NCBI RefSeq assembly: GCF_001194135.2
Contig: NC_068982.1
Location: 68,599,262 to 68,663,261, forward strand
DNA length: 64,000 nucleotides
Direction: 5' to 3'
DNA from: Octopus bimaculoides
Lineage: Eukaryota
Under the pieces are notes generated by a model, which was not told the DNA's origin, made no database searches, and saw nothing but the letters and a program-made list of their open reading frames with translations. The position numbers and the translations under genes were made by a program. Shown piece after piece: positions 13,901 through 27,800 of the stretch (the stretch's first letter is position 1; every line of letters begins with the position of its first letter).

Positions 13901-16900
13901 CAGATGAACTTAACAATCCAACAGCTTTCTCTTTTATCTTTAAAATATTAACATCATTTGCATTTACTCCATTTAAATTAGTATCAGAATCTTTCAGGTT
14001 TTCATTGTTAATGCTGTCATGAGCACAGACCTGAGCTAAAGGATCTGCCAAGCAGGAAGTTATTTGAGATGCATTTTTGATTGGAGACTCAGCTGCTTTA
14101 ATGTGGTTACCTTTATTTTGAGAGGAAACTGTATCAGACAAGTCTGTTAATTTACCAACCTGTGATCCATGGATATTTGCCTGTTTTGAAGGTATGCCAG
14201 AGGTTTCAGAAAAACAGGTCCTCTTTGATCCTGCCTTAATATGTTCGTTTTGATCCTTTAAAATACTTCCTTCTGTTCTGCTATTAGATATATTAGTAAC
14301 ACTTGGTTTAAAATCAGTCACTGAATTAAGATCATCTTCTGGAAAAGTCTTACCTCTGACATTAACAGGAGCATCCGTTTTAAAAGATTCTATTTCCACA
14401 CTTTCAACCTTAATTAATTCTCCAGGTATATTTACTTTGTTTATTATATTCTTTGAGGGAACATTAACTGGCTGATCAGTAGGCTTATTAGAAGAGGTCA
14501 GAAAACAGTTATCTGCTGGTAATTTTGAAGTGTTAGTTGAAGGCTCTTGAGCTAATTTACTAAATTTATTGTCATTATTAAATTCAGTAACGTCAAGTAA
14601 ATCTTGCCTATTTGAAACAGTTTTGGTGGATTTAATTATGCTCATTTCCTCTGAAGCTGATTGTGATGCATCAACTAGAGTCTTTTTTGGACAGGACCAG
14701 GAAGATTCTATTAGATGAGACTCTGTAGTAAGAACTAGCTCCTCTGGAACTGTCTTACTAGCAGTCACAGGCTGAGCATGGTCCCCGAAATCTGATTTCT
14801 TTTCAACTGAAACATTAAAATCATTCAATTCACTCTTGTCAGCAGAAATTAAACTCGATAACTTTGAAGCAAACTCAAGATTTTGCCCTCTGGGCTCCCC
14901 AATAAGTTCATTAGAACCAGAAATATTTTGCTTCTTAATGGCCGGTTCAATTATATCATGTGTATTTGACTGTCTTGAATGTATGTCAGAGGTTTCAGAA
15001 AAACATGTTTTCTTTGATCCTGTCTTAATACGTTCTTTTTCATCCTTTAAAACACTTCCTTCTGTTCTGGTATTAGAAATATTGGAAATAGTGGCTTTAA
15101 AATCTGTCACTGAACCAAGATCATCTTTTGAAGTACTATTTGCTCTGAAACTAACAGACTGTATTCCATTTAATTCATATGGCAGGTTTTCTTTGTCAAT
15201 TATATTCTTTGGGGGAAGATTAGACCGATCAAAATTATTAGAAGATGGTAGAATACAGTTATCTGCTGGTAATTTTGAAGCACTAGTTTTAAGTTCTTTA
15301 GCTAATTTACTAAATTTATCATCATTAAATTGAGTAGTGTCAAATAAGTCTTGTGTGTTTAGAAATGATTTGGTGGATTTAGTTACATTCAATTCTTTTG
15401 AAGTTGACTGCAATGTATCAACCAGAGTCTTTTTTGGACAGGACCTAGAAGATTCTACCATATAAGACTCTGTACTTTCTTCAAGAACTAACTTCTTAGG
15501 AACTGTTTCACTGGTAGTCACTGGTTGAACATGGTTTCTGAAATCAGATTTCTTTTCAGTTGGTTTGTTAATGGCTGGTTCAATCATATCATATGTATTT
15601 AACTGTTTTGAAGGTATGTCAGAGGATTCAGAAAAACAGGTCCTCTTTGATCCTGTCTTAATATGTTCTTTTTCATCCTTTAAAACATTTGCTTCTGTTT
15701 TGCTATCAGTTACATTAGTAATACTTGGTCTAAAATCACTCACTGAACGAAGACCATCTTTTGCATTACAATTTGATTTGAAATTATCAGACTGCATTTC
15801 ATTCAATTCACATGGTATGTTTTTTTTGTCAATTATATTCTTTGAAGCAAGACTAGGCAGCTGAACAATAGAATTATTAGAAGTGGGTGGCATATAATTA
15901 TCTGCGGGTAATTTCAATGGGTTATTTATGTCTTTAGTTGGTTTACAAAAACTTTTATCTTTATTAAACTGCTTGTTTTCACAAAAATTCTCAATATTTT
16001 CTACATCCTTCACATTGGTAATCTCAACTGGTCTTTCACTTTCAGGAAAATCAGCAATTGTTATGGTGTTACAACATGTCAAGTCCATATTACTGGCTGC
16101 ATAATGAGTTCTATTGAAATAAATAGTTTTTTCATCAAAGCTATTATTTTGATTGTAGTATCCAATTATATGACCATCAGGATTACTGACAATATCATCC
16201 TTGCTTTCATTAAATGCTGTGAGATATTTTTCCAAAGGTTTTGTTAAGTCCATTGAATCATTCCTATCAAAATAAACAGTATGGTTACCTTGATACAATG
16301 ATTTATCCAAATGAGGAGAGTCTGATAAAGAATCATTTTCTTTTGCCTCATCAGGTGTTTGAATCTTATCATCATCATGTTTTGTATGTGCATGAACATA
16401 ATTATAAAGAAAAAGTTCAGTGCTCAATGAAGCAGGACAATTAAAATCATCTGTAAATAACAAGCTCTTTTCTGAAGTAGCAACAGCAGAAGATAGTGGA
16501 ATATCTGCCATGACTTTCTCTAGAAATGATGTATCTTGTGCTTGTTTATCAGTATCGTTTGCATCATACTTAGCTTGAGGTAATGAGTCTTTCACTTCAG
16601 GATCAACTATGCAAACATTGATGTTTTCTTTATCCTCTATAGTTTGAGAAACAGTGGTTGATCTGGAGGTCGTAGTAGAAACTCTAGTAATAGTTAAAAG
16701 AACAAAGATTAAAAAGTGTAATTTAGTCTTTAGAGTATATTCATTTAAAAATTTAGAGTATATTATGTTTTCAAAAATAAATATTTCATAAGTATTTTCA
16801 TTTCTTTAATTAAAATATTAGTGAAGGTGTGTAGCCAGGTGGTTAGGGTGTTGCACTCATGATTATAAGATCAAGATTTTGATTCCTGGACCAGGCAGTG

Positions 16901-19900
16901 CAATGTGTTCTTGTGCAAAACACATCATTTCAATTTGCTCCAATTCACGCACTTGTAAAAAAAAAAAAAGTAGTTCCAGCAGGGCTGGGAAGTTATCCCT
17001 GCAACGAACAGCATCTTGTTGTTGTGGGGAGTGATGCGTTGTAATCTCAGTCAATCACCTGTGTGCTAAGGAAACCAGCTTGAAACATGGACTCATGAGA
17101 GACCTAAGCTAAGCTAATTAATATATTAAATTGCTAAAATTAAAATCCTGACATCTGCTCAGCATAAGCAAAAAAAAAAATAATAAATAAAAAGCGCCAT
17201 CACTTACAAGCAAATATGGGTAATTTACCATGTTTTGCTTAATGGTTTTAAGTGTATGTGTAATCATACAAAGACAGACACCTCAGTTTTACCACACTTG
17301 ATCCAGCAGAACAACTATGACGTGACAGTTTGAGGGAGAGTAAGGGTTGCACCAGCACATGGGTGGTACTAATTTCAGCTGAGTAAACTGGAACAACAGG
17401 AAGTGCTTTACTGAAGAACACAATATGCCACCTAATCCAAGAATCAAACCCACGACCTTTTGATTATGAGCCTAACCCCCAACTGCTAGGCCATGAATAA
17501 TGATGCATTTCTTTAACCCTTTAGAAACAGAACCTTGTTTGGAGTTTCAGTACTCAGAAGACAGAGCCCTTTACACAAGCCCTACATAGAGCATGCACTC
17601 ATTTTTCAAAAAAAACTATAACCCTTAAGAGACAACAGGGCCAATCTATTGGCCAAAAAGTCAAATGAAGACAATGACAACTGGGCCGATCTGTTGTCTT
17701 TGTCAATCAACTTTTCAGCCGATAGACCAGCTCTGTCAAATCCTAAGGGTTAATACATTACAGTATATTTACATAACCAAACTAACTAGACAAAATTTTT
17801 AATGAACAGACACTTATAATGTTTGTAACTAACAGGATCTTTAAAAACATTTTTAAATTGCCCAGCTTTATAGCATCTAAGATATGAAAACACAATATAA
17901 CAATTTTAAATCTAACAAATAGAAAATTTGGCAATTTATCTAATTGAAAACGTTTGCGTTATAATATATCACAAAAAACCTGAAGGAAAGAAATTTAAGT
18001 CAAACATTTTCAGTGTTTCCATTAGAGCAAAAGTATATTTTATAATAATTTTGAAAAAATTATTTAATATGTGCCGAAAAATATACAGTATTTGATGGCA
18101 TAAAAGACACACACACACACACACTGCAATTTCAACAGTGCATATTCAGGAAAAGAAATTTCTAGAGTGTCAAATCATGTAATATTGGTTTCAAATTCTG
18201 GTACAATGCCAGCAGGTTTGGGAGGGGCTAAGTTGATTACATTGACCCCAGTGTTCAACTGGTACTTATTTTATTAACCCCAAAAGGATGAAAGGCAAAA
18301 TCTACCCCAGTGGAATTTTAACTCAGAACATAAGGACAGACGAAATGCCACAAAGCATTTCATTCAGCATGCTACTGATTCCACCATCTCACCACCTGCT
18401 TAAAGCATGTAATATTAGCTTATAAGAGACCCAAATTTGCATATAGGACCTGGGTTAATTTTTTAAACATTTCTTTGAGAAAAAGAGTGTGTCTTACATG
18501 CCATCAAAAATGGTAAATTCAATTGCTTTGAAAAGTTTAAAATTCATACAAACTTTTCTGGAGACATCAAAATACTTTGGTTTAAAGGATTAACTGCCAT
18601 GCACATTTCGTCATCACTTTCACCACCTGAAATATTCTATAGAGAAAATATAAGAATGAATGCAAGTGATAAGAATAATAAAAAGGAATGAGTAAGATTT
18701 AAATCTGGTGATTAGCTCCAAAATGTTTATCTTGAAGTGAATAAGGAACCACTCTCTAGAAAAGGTATCAACATCATCATTTAGCATCCATTTTCCATGC
18801 TGGCATGGGTTAGAGGGCTTGATTGGAGAGCTGCACCAGGCTCAGTCCGTTTTGGCTTGGTTTCTTGGCTGAATGTTCTTGTTAACACCAACCACTCCAA
18901 AGAGTGTACCAGGTGCCTTTAACGTGTCACCAATTTCATAAAAACGTTTTATTCCTAATAGCTAATTACATTGAACAAAATGGTCTTGTCTAAAAACCAC
19001 AAAATACTTGTGAATATGCATGCATGCATCCATCAGCTGGTCATTTTGCACAATCTAGAACTATACAGGTGATCACACATTATCAACAATGGGTAAAAAG
19101 TATTTTCATTTCATTTTACTTCTCATCCTCATCAATTTAATGTCCACTTTTTCATGCTTCCAAAGGCCTGATGATGCTTACTGAGGCAGATTATCTATGG
19201 CCAGATGCCCTTGCTGTCACCAACCTTCATCTGCTTCCAAGCAAAGTAATACATCCCCATGGCCAGGAATATTTTCATGTAAAACAGAAAATGAATGACA
19301 CTACATATATGACAGTGATACTCGTTTATAACTATCAAATGATTTCAAGATGAGAGATACACACACACACACACACACATATGAGGTCCAGCTGAAAAGT
19401 TCCTTGGCTAACCAAGACACTCTCATGGAATGAGACCAAATGAGGTCTATCTTTCAACATAGCACTCCCCATCACTTTTTGCTCTACACAACTATACACA
19501 TGTAAGTATAAATAAGCGAAATCGTGATGGCACCTGTGCCCAGCGTGGCCTTCCTGGCACTTGTGCTGGTGACACGTGTAAAGACTTTCAAGCGAGATCG
19601 TTGCTAGTGCCCCTGGACTGACTCTTGTGCAGGTGGCACATAAAATACACCATTTTGAGCGTTGACTGACCTACGTGCCAGGGGCACGTAAAAGCACCCA
19701 CTACACTCTCTGAGTGGTTAGCGTTAGGAAGGGCATCCAGCTGTAGAAACTCTCCCAGATCAGATTGGCAGCCATCTGGTTCACCAGTCCCTCAGTCAAA
19801 TCGTCCAACCCATGCTAGCATGGAAAGCGGACGTTAAACGATGATGATGACGTTGATGATACATATATTGTGTGTGTGTGTGCACGCGTGTGATCATCCT

Positions 19901-22900
19901 TTTTAACATCCACTTTTCCATGCTTACATGGACCGGACAGTGTTTATTAATGCTGATTTTTTACAGACGTCCTTCTTGTGGTTAACCTTCACTTGTTTCC
20001 AGGCATGATAATATTTCCCCATAGCCAAACATGTTCTCACAGAACATTGGAAATGAATGTCACTGCTTAGATGACAGTGACATTCATTTACAATTCTAAC
20101 ACTATCTTACATCTGTAATCACATGTATAAAAAGGACAGGCGGTGTGGGGAGTTTCTCTTGTCAACAGATTGTAGCGGACACTTGAGGGAAATTCTTCTC
20201 CTCTCTATTATATATACATACATAGGAACGTAGTAGATAACAGCTAGCCTTTGGCCACATTTTGGACCCTGTTGTGTCCACTACTCTGATTGATTGGTAT
20301 TGACGCAATTTGTCTCTTGCTCTATCGCGCGCTAATATGCAACCCAACCAATCACAGTCTTCAAATAAGGTAACGTGAGACAGTCTGTTCTCAACCCCAG
20401 TTTGAGACGACTGCTCCCTATAAAACTCCAGCTTCTCCGCATCTCGGAGTCTTTGGTTCCAGACCTTTTATGGTCTAGCCACTGACCACACAGGACACAG
20501 CCAGTTCCAGCAACAACACAACAGCAGCCACATAGAGACTCATCAACTTCGTCCAACAGCATTCGACGACCTCCATCTCCATCACCACCATTCATCCTAA
20601 CGTCAACATCATCTCCCTACGTACACAGCAACCAGCACCTCGCACATGTTCTAACATAGCACTGTTCGTGAATTACCATGGTTAACAGCAAATATACAAC
20701 CTGCGAGAACTCCTGTGCCAAGTGACCCAAGCAGCAATATCACAGCCAACTTCACATACGACATATACCTCAACCAGCTCTGCATCGCAGCCACAACTTC
20801 ACATACAACATACCTCAACCGGCTCTGCATCGCAGCCACAACTTCACGTACGACGTACCTCAACCAGCTCTGCATCATCGCCACAACTTCTTGATACAGT
20901 ATTTCAACTATCATGTACAATTGACTACAAACTGGTATCTATCATTCTTGTGTCAATGAACATTCTTCTAACTTCTCATTATAGACTCTTTCAATGCTCT
21001 GTATACATGATACACACACATACACTTTGTTCTCGTGACAGCCTGTCTATTATTCTGTATATACAACGCACACAGTCACACATGTTAACATATCAATAAA
21101 GTCTTCTCTTAAACATTCTACCCGGTTGTATGTCTCAGTTTCCCCTCTGGCTCATATACGCATTTATTCTTTCTGTATTTATTATACTGACTGTGTTATG
21201 TACTAAGGAGCCATTCTCGTGACCTTGCTTCGCACGGTCATTACAAGATCATCCAGGCATTTCAAACCTTCAAACACAAGTGAAATAGAGATCCCTTACT
21301 TGAAAAAACAGATAATGGTTAACATTAGGAAAGGTTCCCATCTGTAAAACAATGCCTCAAATAACATATTTGTCTCACATGGACAATATAGTCTGCAACT
21401 CAACATTTCACCATGCAAAAGGCAAGTGGAATAAAGTATCCTACTTGAAAACAAGGATTGATTCAGGATATGTTGGGACAGCAGAATGCAATCTCAAAAT
21501 GTCTAGTCAAACCTAGGTAGCTATGTCTGTGTGTACAATCAAGAAAGAATTGGAAGTACATTGTAACCATTCAACAACCTAGTCAATACAGTGATTATAT
21601 ATATATATATATATAGTTAGATATAGCATTAAAAAATTAAGCTGTAAGTAAAAATCTAATAGGAAAACATTACATACCTCAACTGCATGAGCAGTGTTTT
21701 TAATTTCACCTGTCAACAGTGATTGGATATCTGAAAGTAAAGAAAATGTTTAATAGCTTTCTTTCTCTTTTCATAATTTAGATTTAAGTTACATGACAAT
21801 TTTTTTTTTTTTTTTGACTCTTGAAAATGTTAAAACAAAAAGTAACCCTGACAGGATTTTCACCCACAACCCTTTTTAAAATTTTTAATTCTGTGTTTTT
21901 GTCAGGAAAGAAGACAAAGCCTTTAAGACTAGTGGGAGGTAATAAAGGATGTGGGGAAATGTCCTCAAAATGGACACAGTCTTAAATGCTTACAACAGAA
22001 TGAAGTCCACTAAAGATATCCAAGGTAATATGTGGGTAACATATTAAGTCTACCACCTATGTAGACTAGAACCCACATATATTACATTCAGAGAAGATTA
22101 ATAATACTGAATTAAGAGGCAGATTTGTGCAATGTAAACTAATTTGCAATCTAGTAATAATCTTATACGATTATTACTATCAAATACACATTCAATTTTC
22201 CTGCTTCTACAGTTTAAATTTCATCTCTTTTCAACTTAACTTGTACTACTTTATAATTTCTTCAGTTAGCTCTGTTAGTCTTTACTATCTATCACAGGGT
22301 TTGCAAATATTGTCTCTGTTCTGTCTATTTTCTACTCTACCTCCATATAATATGCCATATCCAAACTAATTTGTTCCTCATGGTTTCAATTTCCAGAAAT
22401 GTTATTAGCTATTATTTTCATATTAGATTAACATATTTTCTCTTAAATTAGGTAGAGAATGTGTGGTAGGGGCCATGATTTTTACAAACTCTAACAGACT
22501 GGTGACACTGGGAGGGGGGGACCAACAACCAGCTTGAATATCTTAAAATAAATGTCTGCAGAGAAAAACTAATTTCATCAAGGATGAAAAGAAGGGTCCA
22601 AATGTTTACATTTGAAATATGTAGATAAATGAAAACAATGCAAAACCGATAAACAATGTTATTAAAGGAAAAACAATCTTACCCGATATCTTGTTATCCT
22701 CAGGTCCTTTGCTCCTAGAAAGGAAAGATATATTTTAAGGGGTTTCTTAGAGAAGAAAATTAAGTAAATATTAACAGTATAGATTTCAATGGTCTTCAAT
22801 TAGATTTCACAAATAATTTTAGTTTAGACATCTACTTTTCATGCTTGCCCAGGTCAGAAGGAATTTGTTGAGACAATTTCTGCAGCCAGATGCCCTTCCT

Positions 22901-24373
22901 GTCACCAATCCTCACCTGTTTCCAATCCAAGTAATATTTTCCCATGGCCAAACATGTTTTACAAGGAGACTGGAAACAAAAAATATTCTTTGTATGAATG
23001 TGAGACTCATATATACAACTATCATTTGATGTCAAAACACGAGTATCACATACACATTCATACAACAGACAACTTCCATTTACTGCCAACCAGATCTGCT
23101 CACAAGGCTTTGGTCAACATGGGGTTATAATAGTAGACACTTGCCCAATGTGCTATGTAGTGGGATTGAGCCCCAAAACTACAAGGTTAGTTATGCAGGC
23201 CTCTTAACCACACAGCCATGCCTGTGCCTAATAAAGAATATTGATGTCATTTGATATTAATGCACATTTCGTGTTGGCACCGGCACCTGTACCAGTGGAG
23301 CACTAAGAGCACTGCCCGAGCGCGATCGTTGCCAGAGCAGCTGTCTGGCTTCCGTGCTGGTGGCACGTAAATAGCACCAGCGTGATCGTTACCTTCCTGG
23401 CACGTGAAAAGACATTCGAGCAAGATCATTGCCAGTGCCGCTGGACTGGCTCCTGTGCAGGTGGCACGGAAAATACACCATTTTGAGCGTGGCCGTTGCC
23501 AGTGCTGCCTGACTGGCCTCCGTGCCGGTGGCACATAAAAGCATCCACTACACTCTCGGAGTGGTTGGCGTTAGGAAGGGCATCCAGCTGTAGAAACTGC
23601 CAAATCAGATTGGAACCTAGTGTCGTCTCCTGGTCCACCAGTCCTCAGTCAAATCGTCCAACCCATGCTAGCATGGAAAGCGGACGTTAAACGACGATGA
23701 CGATGATTTAAAAAACAAAAAAATATAATGACAGAAGTATCAAAGTTAAATTACTCTTCTCCATCTTACTTACTCGTTTTCAGATATTTGTTTATTTCCT
23801 GAGTCGTCTGAAAAGGAAAATATTGCAAAAATAAACACAAAGTATGTTTTATGGTTAAATAAATTAATCATATATTTAACAAACTATGTAAATTAGAAAC
23901 AGTAAAAAAAAAAGAGCAACTGCTTTAATCCTTTTAATACTGATCTGTCTGAGACTGCCCCTGGTTGTATGAAACAAAGTTCCTGTTTTAAAATGATCTA
24001 AATTAAAACTTCCATAAAAATTTCATACTGAAACAGGAAATAAAAATTTCATACCCCAGCTTAATAATTGCAAAGTTATTTTCACTAAATTGTTCGTTAT
24101 TTTCTAAATTTATTGAAATAAACTCTGTATTTCAACATTGAAATATGGTAAAAAGAAAATACAAAATTCTGAACCATCTTAATTTCCTCAGAGTGGCTGT
24201 GTGGTAAGTAGCTTGCATACCAACCACATGGTCCCAAGTTCAGTCCCACTTTGTGACACCTTGGGCAAGTGTCTTCTACTATAGCCTCAGGCTTGTGAGT
24301 GGATTTGGTAGACGGAAACTGAAAAAAGCCCGTCATATATATATATGTATGTATGCATGCATGCATGTGTATG

Positions 24374-24404
<31 letters not shown>

Positions 24405-24806
24405 GGTGTGTTTGCATCCCCATAACTTATCAGTTTGGCAAAAGAGACCGATAGTATAAGTACTAGGCTTACAAAGAATAAGTCCTGGGGTCAATTTTTT
24501 CGACTAAGGGCAGTGCTCCAGCATGGTCACAGTCAAACGACTGAAACAAATAAAAGAATAAAAGAAAGTATTATTAAGGTATTCTTTTACTTGTTTCAGT
24601 TATTTGACTGCGGCCAAGCTGAAGCACTGCCTCAAAGGGTTTTTTAGTCGAACAAATCGATCCCAGGACTTACTCTTTGTAAGCCTAGTACTTATTTTAT
24701 CAGTCTCTTTTGCCAAACCGCTAAGTTACAGGGTCGTAAATATACCAACATTAGTCATCAAGTGATAGTGCGGAGACAAACACAGACTCAAAAATACACA
24801 CACTTG

Positions 24807-24843
<37 letters not shown>

Positions 24844-27800
24844 CAGCTTCTTTCAGTTTCCGTCTACCAAATCCACCATCAAGGTTTTGGTTGGTCCAAG
24901 GCTATAGTAGAAGACAACTTACTCAAGGTGCCATGCAGTGGAACTGAACTCAGAACCATGAGGTTGGGAAGCAAACTTCTTACCGCATAGTCACACCTGC
25001 ACCATCAATAAAAACAATTCTAAAAGTCAAAAAAAAAAATCTAATACTTACCACTGTTGCTATTGTAAGATAGTGAAACTTCATGAAACTCTCTAAAAAG
25101 ATTTAGAAATAAAAATAAAGATTATCAAGACAATATTTCAATATATATAAAACGAATGATTCCAAATATATGTAAATTTCATTTAACACTCACTTGACTT
25201 CTGCATAATTGGCAAAACTCACACGCTTAGAAGAACGTCTTGATTTTGTTTCTGGCTTTTCTTCAACCTATAAATGAATAAACCCAAAATGAATTCAATG
25301 AATTAAAAAAAAAAAAGATATTGCAATCATCACCACAATCATTTGTTCCAAATTAGTATGAGGCAGACCTTCAAGTAATGAAGTACTTAGGTATGTTGTT
25401 TTAAAAACACTAAATAGACTTCCTATAACCTAAAACTGTAGTGGTAACAATAACAAATATTAAACTCCTAATTCAGATCTAAGTCACAAGTTTAAATCTA
25501 CCTCACAGACCAGTTTATTTTCGCTAAGAAATGAAACAAGAATGCATAGGTGAAGTAAAACCACAACAAACTATCATTCTCTCCAGAGGCAAGCATTTAC
25601 ATGCTTAACTAATCAGAAACCCTACCTAAGTACAAGACTTAGGTATTCCTAAGGATCAAGCACTTTTGGTGGCTCAACACAAAGTCTTGATTGCTGGGAT
25701 CTTAAGACAACTGAAATAAATTATGCTTAACCACTACTAAAACTTAGCATTGAGAATGTGAACAAAAAATTGGCAATGAGTGCATTAAATGTTTCAAACA
25801 CAAGTTCAACTAAAAGACTTGGTCAAGCCTGTAATGTAAAAGCTAATGCAGATATTAATAATGCATTTATTAAGGTCCTCAAACATATAGACCTTGATTT
25901 GGAAAAATTGAGTAGTATGAAAGATATTTGGTTGCTATATTGGGAGTTGGTAATGTAACTACAAATAAACTATTGTTGGCAAATGAAACATTATTAATCT
26001 CCATATTGGGTTTAGACTATATTTGCCTGACAATAAAGTTAATATCTTCTAAGTCAATGAATTTGTGACTGTTTGCTCTTGGTGTAGAACTTCTCTTGTA
26101 AATACGGCAACTGTGGTTCAATATCATACTAACTGTTCAATCCAACTTAATATAAACCTCACTGAGACTACCACTTCATGCCTTGGGCCATCAGCTTCAA
26201 AAATATGTAATTAACCCTTCCAGTGCATTTCCTTTACTCATAATTGTCAATGAATTCACTGCACACTCTTTCACAAACTAATTAACTAGCACAGTGCAAA
26301 TACAACCTGTGCTTTAGGCAAATTAGCAACTATCCTCAATGGAACTACAGCTTTTTTCTGGTTTTTTATTCTTATTACCATATTAATCATATTCCATACT
26401 AATCTCTAAAGCTGGATCCTCATCAGGTTCTATAAGAGTTAAGATCTTATTTTCAACCATTCATTATGACACTTCTACTCTTATTTACTGCCACTTTACC
26501 CTTACCATTCCAAACACACTCTAAATTAAATCCTAGACTGTACAAATACATAGCCTTGTGGTTCAAAATATTTTATACTCCTAATCTTTAAGACACAGAA
26601 CATTAATTTCTTCTTGTTTCACAGCTAAGTAAAACTTACATTATGTTTTGTGTTTAGCACCCTGATACTGTTTCTAACCACTTTTCAATGCTCCTTCCAG
26701 ATATGTCACTTGTCTCTTATAGAGATCACTGTTAGTCCTATCTACAACAATGTTTTGTCATCACAGCACTCACTACTTGACTGATGATTCACATTAACCC
26801 ATAGGATTGTTCAGTAATTCCACTAACTGGAAACTGTGCCTTACAGAGAGATTTTCCAACCTTCACTTCTGATTTGTCCTCTGATTTTCTTCATTTTCAA
26901 TATTAACTTGCTAACCACTAATTTAAATTGGAGTGGGTAGTATACACTTCACCTCAAAGAAATTTGGTATTCACAAACATCTGTTTCTCTTGATTTTTTT
27001 TTGAAAAAGACAAAGTCAAACAATAAGCAATTATATTTAAGCCATACCTGCGTATTTACATCTATTGTAGAGAGAGGCAATTTCAAAATCTGAAAACAAG
27101 TAAAGAAGAAAAAGACAAAAAAAATAAAACAAACTCTTCAAAGAAATGTTTTAATTAATGAGCCTAATATTGAATCAGTTATGAATGAATGGATGAAAAA
27201 TTTGTAAAGAGGTATTTCAACTTCAGAAATCCTCTTTATAAAATCCTGCAAAATTTAAAATGAAAAATATTCTAACAATTTTAGAGTCAACATCAATGGG
27301 ATTTGAACTTAGAAAGTAAAGTATGAAACCAGATAAAGCATCTAGTCAGATGTTGTATTGTCTCTGCTTCCCTAACAAATGTTTATAATATTGAAATACA
27401 TCATTCTTAGCATAACATTGACAAAGATATAATTGATAGAATGTAAAAGAAGAAACCATATTGTGAACAAGCTGAAAAGCTGTTCAGGAAAACTACGTTA
27501 AGCAGAAAACATTCAACTTAAATTATAGCCCCCACCACCACTAGCTAAAGTAGATAAAATTAATGTGTAATTAAAAGGAAGAAATAAAAAAAAAACACTC
27601 ACTGATGAACGCCTACGAGAACGGCGACGCCTGATTGAATAGAAAGGAGTAATTTTGTTTACATTATTTGCAGTTAATATAGAAAAGATATGACAACTAC
27701 AGACAATGAAATAATTACACTGACCCATAAACCATTGGCAATATCTTTCATAATGGGGTAACTTTGCTAGACCTTTGGTCAAAGGAATCAAAAGCTTTTA

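Noticed and set aside
20748-20890. CRISPR-like array
   Set aside because: Contiguous tandem units with no unique spacers, in a eukaryotic LTR.
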